A DNA stretch of 64,000 nt from Lytechinus pictus. Lineage: Eukaryota. Position numbers and translations under genes: made by a program. The stretch covers positions 43,712,001 to 43,776,000 of the forward strand of contig NC_087251.1 of assembly GCF_037042905.1 (NCBI RefSeq), given 5' to 3'. A model generated the notes under the pieces. It was not told the origin of the DNA. It did not search any database and worked only from the letters and a program-made list of their open reading frames with translations. Positions 27,271 to 39,929 of this stretch are shown one piece after another (position 1 is the stretch's first letter; each line of letters starts with the position of its first letter).

Positions 27271-30200
27271 TTGCAATTATTGGAGCAATATTCTAAAACC
27301 AGCGGCCAAAATCCTGCCTGTATTTCTAAAATGCAGTGCCTCAAATTGTTTAAAACCAAGAAAACGATTTTAATGAATTTTCATGACAGTCTACCCTCTC
27401 TAGATTTCAAGATGGTGGCCATTTTGCAGCATATCTGTTGGACAGATTACTGGGGGCAATTTCAATATCCCTAGATGCCAAACTAAAATAATACGTTACG
27501 TGATACTAGATAAAGTGATTTTTTTTCAATGATCTTTTTTCATGGCAGCCATCTTGGATTTCAAGATGGCTGACATTTTGCCTCTGACTCGGGATCAGAT
27601 CGCTGAGGGCCAGCAATATTTGAAATAAGCACCCCACACTCCGTCGATTTGTCAAAGTGCAATAATGCAGATCATATAAAACTCAAAGAAATAATTTAAA
27701 GCCTCTCAACAGAAAATGATTGTTCTGGATGGTTATTATTCAACCAAAGCCACTTCAAATGTGTAACTGCAGAAGAAGCTAGCTGGTTTGTGTATTTATG
27801 GTGCTTCATACTTACGTAACATCTATATCAGCAATTAAGGATGCCAAATTCCTTGCAACGGACAAAGATGTGGTTGCGTTGGATTTGTTTTCAGTGCCAA
27901 TGCAATGGGTCTTACTCACCATTATAATGTTGAACATCATTCAAACTTGGTAACCATATTGGAATTCAAAATAGCATCTATTTACTATGTTCTTTTCATT
28001 GATCAAGGATGCAAAGATAAATTTTTTTACCAAATTTAAAGTGTTACAGGCCATACGTAAGACTTGAGCAAATTATCTTTCATGGCGGCCATCTTGGATT
28101 TTAAGATGGCGGCCGTTTTGCTGCTGACCTGGAGGTCAAATTGCTGGGGGCCGGCAATATTTGACAACAGTGCCTCAAAATACCCCTATATGCCAAATTT
28201 CAGTGTCGCCTCTCACGTAAAACTAAAAAAAATGACATTTAACGATTTTTCATGGCGGCCATCTTGGATTTCAAAATGGCGGCCATTTTGCCACCGACCA
28301 AATTGTCAAATTGCTGGGGGCCGGCAATATTTGAAATCAGTGCCTAAAAATACCCCTATATGCCAAATTTCAGTGTAACACGTCATGTAAAACTCGTGAA
28401 AATGACATTAAAGATTTCTCATGGCGGCCATCTTGGATTTCAAAATGGCGGCCGACCCGATGGTCAAATCACTTGGGGCCGGCAATTTTTGAAATCAGCA
28501 CCCCAAATTAAGCCTATATGCCAAATTTCAATACCGCAATTCATATAAAACTCGAGAAAATGATTGCAATAATATATCATGGCGGCCATCTTGGATTTCA
28601 AGATGGCGGCCATTTAGCCGCCGGCCAAATGGTCAAATTGCTGGGGGCCGGCAATATTTGAAATCAGTGCCTCAAAATACCCCTATATGCCAAATTTCAG
28701 TGTCACATGCCATGTAAAACTCAAGAAAATGACATTTAATGATTTTTCATGGCGGCCATCTTGGATTTCAAAATGGCGGCCGACCCGATGGTCAAATCGC
28801 TTGGGGCCGGCAATTTTTGAAATCAGCGCCCAAAAATACCCCTGTGTGCCAAATTTCACACTTTCTGCCAGATTCGAGCATCTTTTTCACATATCTACTG
28901 GACTAAAAGGATCTTGACGTTGTTTGTCAATGGGCTTTTAAGTGGCAGATGACCTTAACCCTAAGAAGTGTAATATCATGTCCATGGGTCTGATAAGATC
29001 GAAACTCCTTCATGAATAAACCATGATCGGAGAAACTCTGGATCGAGTTCATGAACATACCTACTTAGAGTAACGATTTCTGCTGATCTTACTTGGAAAT
29101 CACACTATCAGCTGATAGTGAGCAAAGCATATAAGATTTTTGGTATCCTTCAAAGAAATATCCATCAGTGCAGCTCTGATACCAAAGGGAATGCTTACAA
29201 AGCTCTTGTTCGTCCACACCTAGAGTATGCGTCTGCTGATCCCTACCAGGCTAAATACATTCATATGTTAGATAAAGTTCAGAGAAGAGCTGCTCGTTTT
29301 GTGATCAGCGACTACAGTCGTAAGTCCGGTGTTTCCAAGATGCTAAAGCAGTTAGAGTGGGAAAGTCTTGTTGACAGACGACTCAATGCCAGATTGAGTC
29401 AGTTCTACTTAATTCATAAAGGGGAATCTCCAGTAACGTCAACCAAACTCCACCTTAGAAACTCCAGCCGTCCAACTCCAAGTCGACGCTTCACACCAGA
29501 TGCCTACAATATCATCAAATCCAGAACTGATAGGCACCTGTACTCTTTCCTGCTCACAAACCATACAGGACTGGAAAGACCTTCCCTTAGCCACTACATT
29601 AATGCAATCCCTTGATAAATTTAAGGCTGCTCTAAACTAATCAATGTTGCATCTGCACCCTACCACAGCGTCATGGAACTTTCGTTCTGTTGCTGTGTAC
29701 CCATGATGATGATGATGATGATTAGGATTGGCAGTAGTGTCTTGTCTCTCTCTTTTTTTTTGGGGGGGGGTTAAATCAAATTCGAAGTAGTGTATAATTC
29801 GTATGCATTTCACCTTGTTCTTTAGTCTTCAACAAAATATAAGTCTTGCAAGAATATTTATGAAATTTTGATGAAAGAGAATCGACAATGTTCTACATAT
29901 TAATATCATTTCAAATCTAAAACTATTTGTGAATAAATTTATGGAGATTTGCAGCTGGCAATCAGATGATATTTAAATGTGCTGGATACTTTGCCTAATA
30001 TATTTACAATTATTTCTTAGAAAACAAATAATTAAAAAAGGTGGAGAAGCTTCTATTGTAAAACTTCAAGGAGTCAAATATGTTTGAATATATCCTTTCT
30101 CAAGTCTATTTTTTCTGTCTTCTACCTCCCCTCCCCCCATTGCTCTTTCATTTTCTCTCGCATCACCAAGACACCCCCCCCCCCCCTCCCCACCCCCGAT

Positions 30201-30297
30201 GTCTTATCTCAACCATTTGTAGTAAAAAAAAGAAGTATAATGTATGTAAATTCTGCTATGGCTCACAAGGACTCGAGCTATGTTGGAGCCCTCACAA

Positions 30298-30715
30298 CCG
30301 GGGGGGGGGGGGGGGGGCAGTCAAATGTATTGCTGTACACATGCAGGGCCAAATTATTTCCAAACACTCCCTAAACGAGTTTTTCTCTGTGTGCAAAATA
30401 GCCCCCTAAACAAATTTTTTGCGGGCTTTATTTACACATTTTGGCCCCTAAACAAGTTGTCACCAGAATATGACCCAGGGGGAAAAAGCTTGGGGAAAAA
30501 ACATACCCTAAACACGTTTGGCTAGTCTTAAAAAAAAAGCTTTGGAAAAAAAACATACCCAAAATACATTTGACCCTGCGATTGACCATTGACCAGTCTT
30601 TCAAAACTACCTTTTTTTTTAAATCAGTGTTTTTAATACCCATAACGAGTGCACGCGTGGCCCGCGTCCAAAACTGAAAAAACACCCCTTTAAACGCATT
30701 TGACTGGCCCCCCGG
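30298..30715. mobile_element. MULE-like MITE
   Basis: CCGGGG...CCCCGG TIRs with inner CAGTCAAATG/CATTTGACTG; 10-bp TSD GCCCTCACAA (30288-30297, 30716-30725). Confidence 0.85.
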
Positions 30716-31554
30716 GCCCTCACAAGATCTTTCTTGAATTTATCATTTCATGTAGGCCTACATGTACTTGCTTTTAAATTTAAGTCAAGGGCCCCATTGC
30801 ACTTCGCCATCCAATGGTAACTTGCATGAAATCCTTGATCTTGATTGGCTGTTATGGTAGTTACCATTGGATGGCAAATTTACCATAATAGTAACTTTTA
30901 TGCAACAGGACACTGAACTGACTTAATGATTACACATGATGTAAATGAAATAAAATGGACACTCATACAGAAGACAGTGGGAGAAAAAAAACATGTGTCA
31001 AAGATGCATATTTGCAATATTTACCAATCAACTTTCTTGACATTTCAGCTTCAGAATTTCAATACAATTTTCTGTCATTATTAATCTTACCTTAGTTAGT
31101 ATTGCATGTATCAACTGCAGATGATCCAAATAAAAAATATTTTTAAAATACTTGGGATTAATTCATTTCACTCCTGGTACATGTTGTTGCAGAAATTCAT
31201 TCTGCAATGACAGCAATATTCAACAGAGACGGGTCAAAACACAAGTCAAAAGCCCGGGTCAAAAGCCTCATAAGACATAACGAAACTTCATAATTAAAAA
31301 ACATAGTCTTCACATAAACATTAACAGTTGCAGTCCATGGCATTTTTCAATCATTGATGCATAGCCATGCCCATAGGCATAGACTCAGAGTTCAGACATC
31401 TTTTGCCACGTCCACCTGGCTTCATTTACACCACTACTACCAGAATGAGACTCAACTCTCAGCTCTCATCTCAAACAAGTTTGTTGGGAGGTTGGACTCA
31501 CACAACGAATGTGCAGTACAAATCTCGAAATTTAGCTTGTGTGCCATTCAAATA

Positions 31555-32293
31555 CAGTCCGACCTCTCTTATCCGGACACGTTGGGACCAGCACCAATCC
31601 GGATAAGGGATTTATCCGGATCTGGGAGACCCAATATTAAATACACGCAGCTGCTGCCTCAGCTCCCCAACGGCGGTAGCTACACGTTATCTATTGTAGT
31701 GGGCGCATGTACAGACAGTATTCACTGCAGTGTCAGTGCAAGTTATAGGCGGTATATTTACGGAAATGAAATCGATCGATGGCCAAAACTGTTGGATAGT
31801 TTACCTGCTAAAATGATTGAGCATACCTCGAAAGAGAATGACTCAATGAAAGTTTTACAATTAGATCATCGCGGTGGGTATCGCAGCTTCCCAATGTCAG
31901 CCATTGTTATACTGACTGTAGGCTCAAACATGATAGATGGCGCTGTCCGTATTGAAGCCTAGCGTTAGCTAGCGAGACACGCATTGTTTTTCCCGGGAAA
32001 CGAAAAGAGAACGTGATGAAATGTTTGCGCTGCGCCTTGATTTACTGGAAAATTATCCTGCCTAAATTCTTTCAGTGATTTTCATGAAAAATAATGTTGT
32101 AGGTAGACTATATTGGAAAATAATTAATGTATGTAATCAAAGTGAGTTTGCGCATAGGATTGAGTTTAGATTGAAATCTCATTTCCTCACATACTAGATT
32201 GAATTGAAAAAAAAAAAAAAAATCTCGGCAAATGTGCGTCCGGATAATAGAGAGATCCGGATAAGGGGAGGCCGGATAAGAGAGGTCGGACTG
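31555..32293. mobile_element. pogo/Tigger-like (Tc1/mariner superfamily) MITE
   Basis: Perfect TIR CAGTCCGACCTCTCTTATCCGG, TA TSD. Confidence 0.92.
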
Positions 32294-32569
32294 TACTATT
32301 TATTCACGGAAATATGATGCCCTTAATAGCAATTACGTGCATAAGAAATCGCACACGCCGGTGACTGTGCATGTGAGTGGTCTGAGAATTATCGAGATGC
32401 AGAATAACGCAAAATAAAGAAGTCTCGAAATGAAAGATAAAGGGTACGCATTCTCAATCTCAAAGAAAGTGCATCAATAAATCTATATACTATAAACAAG
32501 ATCGAATTGTTAATATGTTGTATCTAACATAAATCATAATTCAATAATTAGCAAAACAGCAAAACTTAC

Positions 32570-32760
32570 AATCCTCAATCAGTGACCGTCAAGACGAACA
32601 AGCTGAGCTCCAACTTCCAAGACGATGGGGTGTGTGTGTTGTTGTTTTGGTTTGATCAGAAAATCCCGGGTATGTGGTGCAAGATGTGGTGTGTGGTGTC
32701 TTGCGCGATGTGGAGGAATTGCGAGATCAATAATATTGCGAGCTGCTATAATCGACCTTT
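32570..32760 (-). promoter_or_regulatory. Candidate promoter and non-coding first exon of the minus-strand (PLCB4-like) gene
   Basis: Minus-strand GTAAGT donor at 32569-32564 next to a non-repetitive, CpG-richer patch with several TTGCG(C/A)G motifs; upstream boundary is a guess. Confidence 0.3.
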
Positions 32761-33724
32761 AATAGCCAAAAAAACTATTACGTAATACATGAACCAGGTA
32801 AATTTTCATTTAAAAAAAAAGTCATCTGTAGTTCATGATGAAAGTACAGAAGAAAGTTTATTTTCCAAGGTGGATTGCCAGGAATTTTTGTTTGAAATAT
32901 TCCCTTGTTATAGTGAGAATGTTTAACTTATAGATCTAACTTGTTGAAAGGATAAAAAAAAAAAAGGGAAAGAAAGAAAGGAAGAGAGGGAGAAAACGGG
33001 GGGGGGGGCTGGGCGAATAAATGAGGTAAAGCAAAATAGAAAGAATTAGAGCTTGAACTTAGTGGGAAGAAAAACCAGAAAAGTAGCAGGAAAAGAGAAA
33101 AAGACGGGAAAGCATTGTCCCATTGCATGGCCGCGAGCGCAACGGTTTTGAAAGCGGGGGCTGAGCAAAATCTCAATTCAATCTGATGGTCATTTTTAAC
33201 GTTCATTTTGTGCATGTTAATTTTATTGAAAAATTGGGAGGACCCCAGTTCCCCGGTTCAGGGGCAGGCGCGTTTTTTTTTTTGGGGGGGGGGACTTTGG
33301 GGACTGAAGCCCCCCTAAAAATCGCTCAAGCCCCAAACAAATTTTCGACCACAAAGGAAAAAAAAAAAATATATACATATATATATATAGGTCCTATATG
33401 CGAAGGCCAGTATTCCATTCATGTCGTCAAATGCTCTAAAATCAAAGTTTTTAATATTCAGAATCTAACATTTTCTCGCTCGGTCGCAAAACGTTCCCTC
33501 GCAAAATATCTTCTAAATGAAGAATACATTAATGCTCTCTTAAAGTGTGAGTATAAGCCAATCAATAATCTCCTGCAATAGGCTATAGTGAACTGCCTTG
33601 CAACTTTTTTTTCCTAATTAACCTCCCTGTGCACGTACCCTCCACGAAATGCCATAAAATTGTAGTTTAACTCTAAACTTGTCGTGTTTGGTCAAACGCG
33701 CTCCAAATTTTTGTCATTCTTTAG

Positions 33725-35310
33725 GATATTTTTCTTTAGACAGGTCCCATTTTTTGTCAGTTAACAACGTTATTTCTTCTACTCTTCCTATTACATGTGG
33801 AGTACCACAGGGTAGCTTACTTGGTCCTCTTCATTTTATTACATATATATTAATGACATTTTAAAAGTTCAAATTTACTAACATTTATATTGTTTGCTGA
33901 CGATTCGAACATTTTCTTTTCCCATGATAACGTAATCCAACTTGAAAGAATTGTAAAGTCAGAATTCATACGTGTCACTGAATGGATCAAGACGAATAAA
34001 CTATGACCTACAAAAGACGAATTTTATGCTAGTTTTTAGTAGCAGAATAAATACATTACCTGATGATCCCATTTTTTATAACACTGTTCTTGAAAATGTT
34101 TCAGAGACCAAAGTTTTGGGTGTTACCATTGATAATAAACTATCATGGAAACCACACATCGGTAATGTATATATGCAAAACAATTTCAAGAATCATCGGA
34201 ATTATCAACAAACTCAAAATTCTCCCATCTCACACTTTACTTATCTTACATTAATATTACCATACATTAATTATGGTATTTTGGTATGGGGTTGTGCAAT
34301 CCACACACAATTACAAAGAATACTGTTGCTGCAGAAGTAGGCCCTTAGAATGGTTTTCCAATTCAGATCACACACAGATATACTATTTTTCCAAAATAAT
34401 ATTCCCAAAGTGAGCCATTCGTATATTTTCCAACTCGCCCAATTTATGTAAAAACTTAGCAAAGATGATCTCCCCACAATTTTTTTCAAATATATTCTGT
34501 AAAAACTCCTCTATACACGCGTACGGTTACCCAACGAGACAACGAAACTATTATCACTTACCCCCAATCCGTATTCTATTAGCAAAAAACTCTTTTATCT
34601 TTTTTGGACGACTTTAAAGAATCTCCAAGCCTTAATATTTTTAAACAAAAACTTTAAAATATGCTAATTTGTCAATACTCCACACCAACAAGTCAAGCTA
34701 ACACATAACCTAAAATAAAATTACAAAATAACCTAACCTTTAACTAGCAATAAATTTGTCAGATTTTACTTATTCACCTGCCATGTTCCTCTATTCATTT
34801 TCAGTTTTTATTTGCACCTCCCTTCTCTCACTCTTTCTTTCCTTTGCCTCTTTTTTCCTCCCCATCATATTTTTGTAAGTACTTTTATTATTATTATTAT
34901 TGTTATATCATTGTAATTATTATCATTTAAACTACTTTCTCTTATTTTTGTTGTCGCTTACTCGCTTTATTATGATATTTTGTAGATTACTCGTTTAAGC
35001 CCGTCTTCCGTGTCCGTCTCCATTTTTGTATATATATAGTTTTGTATATAGTTTGTTAATTAGTATTGAACCTAAGTTTAGGGACTTGCCTTCTTTACAA
35101 GCTTCGCTTTTCTTGGCAAGTCCCTCCGTTCATTTCCACATTCTTCATATAGATAAAATAATTGCATCTCACCTTAGTTTTGTTTAATTTATCTTCAATA
35201 TTTGTTATAAAATGTCATCAACTGTCTGTATTGTATTGAATATGTATACTTTGATTATATTTTGAAAATTTTGTTGAACGGAAATGAATAAATCATAAAT
35301 CTAAATCTTT
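33725..35310 (+). mobile_element. LINE-B: 5'-truncated decayed non-LTR retrotransposon (CR1/L2-group) with long 3'UTR
   Basis: TCGVPQGSLLGPL, LFADDSN, KVLGVTIDNKLSWKPHI, LILPYINYGILVWG; T-rich 3'UTR with stem-loop 35080-35125 and AATAAA near 35287. Confidence 0.9.
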
Positions 35311-35571
35311 AGAAAATGTCTCTGCAGCTATACTCCCTGATAGAAGCTAAACTTATTAAAAACATATAGTTTAGAGTCAGTAGTGCTGATCCATGTTTTG
35401 GAAGGCGAGAGGGGGTAAAGACATTCAAGTTGTCCAGAATCAGAATTTTGCACGTGAAGCTCACCGAAAAGTTCACAGTTTTATATGTTTAATAGTATTT
35501 TTATGTCAAATCTATAAAATGGTTTTAAAGCGGTTTCAGATGTTTTTGCAATGGATTCTTAAACATGTTAA

Positions 35572-36815
35572 AGGACAAGTCCACTTCAACAAAAAGTTGA
35601 CTTGAATAAAAGGAGAAAAATCCAACAAGCAAAACACTGAAAATTTCATCAAAATCGGATGTAAAATAATAAGAAAGTTATGACATTTTAAAGTTTCGCT
35701 AAATTTCATTAAACAGTTATATGCACATCCTAGTCGGTATGCAAATTGGCACACTGATGACGTCACCCACTCACTACTTCTTTTGTATTTTATTATAATT
35801 ATGAAATATGAAAAATTCAAATTTTCTCCTCATTGCCATGTGAAACAAAATTATATTCCTCACTGAACATGTGGAATTACCATTATTGTAAAAGCGTATG
35901 GTTAAGTCAAGTTGGTCTTTATTGTCAAATCTGTAAAAATTGAAATATTGTATAATTCAAACAATAAAAGACAAAAGAAATAATTAGTGAAGGACATTAT
36001 CGACTCTCTCATTTGCATATCGCTGAGTTGGGCATTTAACTGTTTTGTGAAAAATAAGCAAAATTCTAAAATGTCATAACTTTCTTATTTTACATCCGAT
36101 TTCGATGAAATTTGCAGCGTCATGTTTGTTTGATTTGTCTCTATCGATATGATTTTGTACTCCTTGTACAGGCTTGTATACTGGAATAACCAAAATGGTT
36201 CTATATAAACGACTGTTTAGAACCCTTTCTGCTTCTTCGAAGAAAGCTTTAAAGGTCAAGTCCATCCCAGAAAATGTTAACTTGAATCAATAAAGACAAA
36301 TTAAAAAAGCATGACGCTGCCAAAATTGGATGTTACTAAAAAGGTTGACATTTTAAAATTTCGCCTATCTTTCACAATATGCACAACTCAGTGTTTTTAT
36401 GGAAATAAGAGAGTCGATGATGTCCCTCACTCACAATTTCTTTTTTTTTATTGTTTGAATTATACAATAAGTGTTTACAGATTTGACAATAGTGACCAAC
36501 TTGACTGAACCACAAAGTGTTAAAACAATCATGGAAATTCCACGTGTTCAGGGAGGAATAAAGCTTTCTCATGACAGTTAAAGGAATATTAAATTATTCA
36601 ATATTGCATAATAATGAAATTAAAAAAATAAAGAATAGTGACTAGGTATGGGATGTCATCAGTCCCCTATCCCGACCAGGATGTGCATATAATTGTTTTG
36701 AAATTAAGTGTCATAACTCTTTTATTGTACATACGATTTTGATGAAATTTTCAGTGTTATGCTTAAGTTTGATTTTGTTTCCTTTTATTCATATCAACTT
36801 TTTGTTGGGGTGGAC
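35572..36815. mobile_element. Two adjacent K2 MITEs in opposite orientation (35572-about 36155; 36253-36815)
   Basis: Both begin at TTAA|AGG(A/T)CAAGTCCA and align to the 14390 and 11494 copies. Confidence 0.82.
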
Positions 36816-36894
36816 TATACATATATTAGCAAATCAATGCAATAAATTCAAATTATAAACTAAACCAAATTTATCCAATGCAGCCGATGTTTAA

Positions 36895-37347
36895 AGGAAA
36901 ATTAAATCTTTGAAACAAGATAGCTTGTGCGAATACAGAAGAATAAAAGAAAAGGTCAATAAAAATTTGAGAAAATTGAATAATTAATGCGAAAGTTATG
37001 ATCATTTGAATATTTAGATCATTATTGTAATGTAGATCCTCCCATTAATAATGCGACAAAGATGTGTAATGTCACATGTGAACATTATCACATCTATCAG
37101 TAGATAATTTATTCTTTCAATAGAAGATTTTGAAAGGAATACATTGTAGATAAAGAGTTTGTATCACCATATGAAAGAGCAAAAAAGATAATTTGGGGGC
37201 ATTTCATAGTCCATCAAAGGGAAAGTTGTTCACATGTGACATCATACATCTTTGTCGCATTGCCAATAAGAGGATCTCTATAGCATTAGTGATCGCAATA
37301 TTCAAATTCTCATAAATTTCTCATTATTTTTCAGATATTTCTCAAAA
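36895..37347. mobile_element. MITE family K1, truncated
   Basis: Collinear with 3991-4505. Confidence 0.8.
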
Positions 37348-39459
37348 CTGAACAAAAAAATGAAATTACCACTGACAGACAGTATTATTAAAAATAGTGA
37401 CGAAGTTATTATTCATTAAAAAGTACTATTCATTACTAAAAACTTCTGGGGCTAATGTTCCAGGCAGAGAATCTTTGGTAAAATGAAAAAAAAAGCAAAG
37501 ATGGACACATTTCACGCCCCTCAAACAATTTCATTTTTTATGATCTTCCATTAGTAATAATAGATATACATTACATTGGTATCTCTATTTATGGCGACTA
37601 GCACTCAAAATACTTTCTAGGTCGGCATGGTTGGTGACAATGTATGCATTCATTGTAACCAACCATGCCGACCTAGAAAGCATACTGCTTGGAACGTTGG
37701 CCTTAATGGATATAGTGAAGGGAATAATATTTTTGGAATAAAGGAGAGACGAGGAGGAAAAGGGAAAGAGTTGAAGAGACAGAAAGGGGGAGGGGGTGGG
37801 GAGATAAAGGGGTGAAAATTAGAGAAAAGCGCGCAGATGGAAATACAGTGTAGATAAAGAGACAATGTGGGTGGGGGGGGGGGTGCGAGATTATGAGGAG
37901 AAGAGGGGGGAAAGAGACAGAAAGGGAGAGAGAGAGTCACATAATGAAATATGAGTACGATACAGGTTGTCTTTGACTAACAAAAATCTTAGTCTTTTTA
38001 ACAAAAAATAAAATGAATAAAAGAATCCTTTGTTGCAAGGGCGTATAGGCTGGGGGTGCACACGCACCCTCTCGCTGAGGAGTTCAAACCGAAATTTGTA
38101 CCCCTTCTGCTTTCAACAGCTGATTTTTTCAAACTTTAGTTCCACCTCTCCAAGATGTGCACCCAGCTACCACTTCAGTTCCACCTCACCGCTCACCGGG
38201 ATGTGCACCCCCATGCTCAACCAGCCCTTGTGTTAGCAGAAATTATGCAATGCTATACCTACCCAAAAAAAATATCATTCAAATAAATCCACCTTAAAAA
38301 TGATTTATAAAAAGAATATTCATTCCCTTTATATACTAATTAAAAAATAATCAAATAAATCATCATATCATAAAATAATCATATTGTAACTATATCCAGT
38401 CAGCAAAATCACATCACTCTTATCTGGAAAGTTCAATGGTTGCCACTCCCGGTTGCCACTAAATGAATCTTCAAAGTCCTTCTATTGGTCTCTCATTATT
38501 GTCAATATAACTTGCCCTAGTTATAATAAGTAATTGATTCATACCAACCATCAGTTTAAGAAAATGGGGGGGGGGGGCAGCTTCACTCAAGTGGGACAGA
38601 AATTGTGCGATTTACTTTCACATTATAGTTTGAAATCACAGGCACTGTCACGGGGAACCTAAAGATAATTATTTACCCATATAATCTCCCCCGAGAGGAC
38701 TTATCATAAAATTAAAAAGTATTTGATCTGACCAGGGTATTTCCTTATTCGACCAAAGAAATCTCCATGATCTAACCAGGCTCATCAAAAAAATATTTTT
38801 TTTTACGTTTCTTACCCTTTTAAACATGCCCAAGTTAATGGTTTGATGAGCCTTGGAATTAATTCAGCCCTATGTCAGAGGGAAATTGTTGGGGGCACAT
38901 TACATTACTAATCTTTCTGAATTAGATATTGAATCGAAACCGGCCCCGGCTAAAAAAATGAAAATAGCCCTAATTCACAATTTTATCGTTACCAGATTCA
39001 GTTATAATTCAATTCATAACATTAAAACACTGATTTATCCTGAATACAATACAATTAATAATCTGTCCTTTTCCATAAACAAATGAAAAGATAACTTAAA
39101 AAAAAACTTATATTAAATGTAAACAATTGACACAAATTTATGTAGATCTGCATGAGGAGGACCATCCGACCTTTCTGAATAAAAGAGATGGATTTGTCTA
39201 CAAAATATATGGGAACTTGAGACACTGCACTTCAGGGCGAGGAACCATAGGCCTTTTGGGGCTATGCCCCCTAAAAAACGGTAAAGATAAAAAAACAACG
39301 AAAACTTGAAATAGGAAGGAGCGAGTAATTACGTTATATCTTTTAATTGTTTTAATGTCAAAATCTACCCCAAAATTAGATTTTTGTAGTTAAAAATATG
39401 ACAATTTTTGTTCACTCGCTTCGCTCATATAATTTGAAACCTTTTAGGCCTAAAATTGA

Positions 39460-39661
39460 CAACACTCGCCAAACCAAATCGAATCACAATCAGCAACCGG
39501 CCGAAAGTTTTCCGAAAGAGCGCCAGCTAGAGTCTAGTCTATAACGCTCGCTGAAAATATACGATTGGAAAACGCATTTCATTTTGCGAATAAATTCTCA
39601 TCAACGTTTATATATCTAATTTCTTTGGATTTTCTGGTGTACTTTATCGATTTCATTCAAC
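39460..39661 (+). promoter_or_regulatory. SART1 proximal promoter/5'UTR
   Basis: CpG-richer unique sequence directly upstream of the ATG; reverse CCAAT (GATTGG) near 39563. Confidence 0.4.
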
Positions 39662-39929
39662 ATGGGGTCGTCTAAAAAACACAAGGAAAAGGACAAGGAT
39701 CGGGAAAGGAAACACAAGCATAAAGACCGTGATAAGGACCGAGATAGAGAGCGGAAACACCGGAGCAAACACAGCCACAAACACAGGGATAAGGACAGGG
39801 ATCGTCGTGTCGTTGAGAAAGACGTCGAAGCCGGGGAAATTTCTTCACCAGAACAGAAAAATGACCGAAAACGCGGGAGGAGTCTTAGCCCATCCCACAT
39901 AAAACTTGAGAAAGATGTTGAATTACAAG
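39662..39929 (+). CDS. SART1: SART1/SNU66 (U4/U6.U5 tri-snRNP-associated protein 1), coding exon 1
   Basis: ATG 39662, MGSSKKHKEKDKDRERKHKHK... (MGSSKKH start as in vertebrate SART1; K/R/D/H-rich); donor AG|GTATCT at 39930, phase 1. Confidence 0.9.

Larger units (their letters stand above)
24454..28905. mobile_element. Non-autonomous foldback DNA transposon with modular long inverted arms (Academ-like termini)
   Basis: TAGT...ACTA ends, 3-bp AAA TSD (empty site visible at 23653-23665); arms 24454-25785 and 27912-28905 are reverse complements built from about 170/157-bp units; no transposase ORF. Confidence 0.88.
22790..29722 (+). mobile_element. LINE-A: 5'-truncated, decayed non-LTR retrotransposon (CR1/RTEX-like RT), split by a duplication and nested insertions
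   Basis: RT motifs across frameshifts and stops: KAAGPDEI, PVSLTS..CKLLEHI, QHGFRKGHSC, LDFTKAFDCVPH, VPQGTVLGPLLF, YINDI, DDC, KVQRRAARFV; 3' part 28909-29700 ends in a (GAT)n tail. Confidence 0.9.

Noticed and set aside
24336..28917. Repeated MAAILDFKMAA / MPNFSV ORFs
   Set aside because: Readings of the foldback arm subrepeats; not a transposase
29118..29615. 165-aa ORF as a host gene
   Set aside because: C-terminal remnant of the disrupted LINE-A reverse transcriptase
31354..31962. 202-aa ORF
   Set aside because: Runs across the TIR of the pogo-like MITE, has a non-ATG start and no recognisable domain
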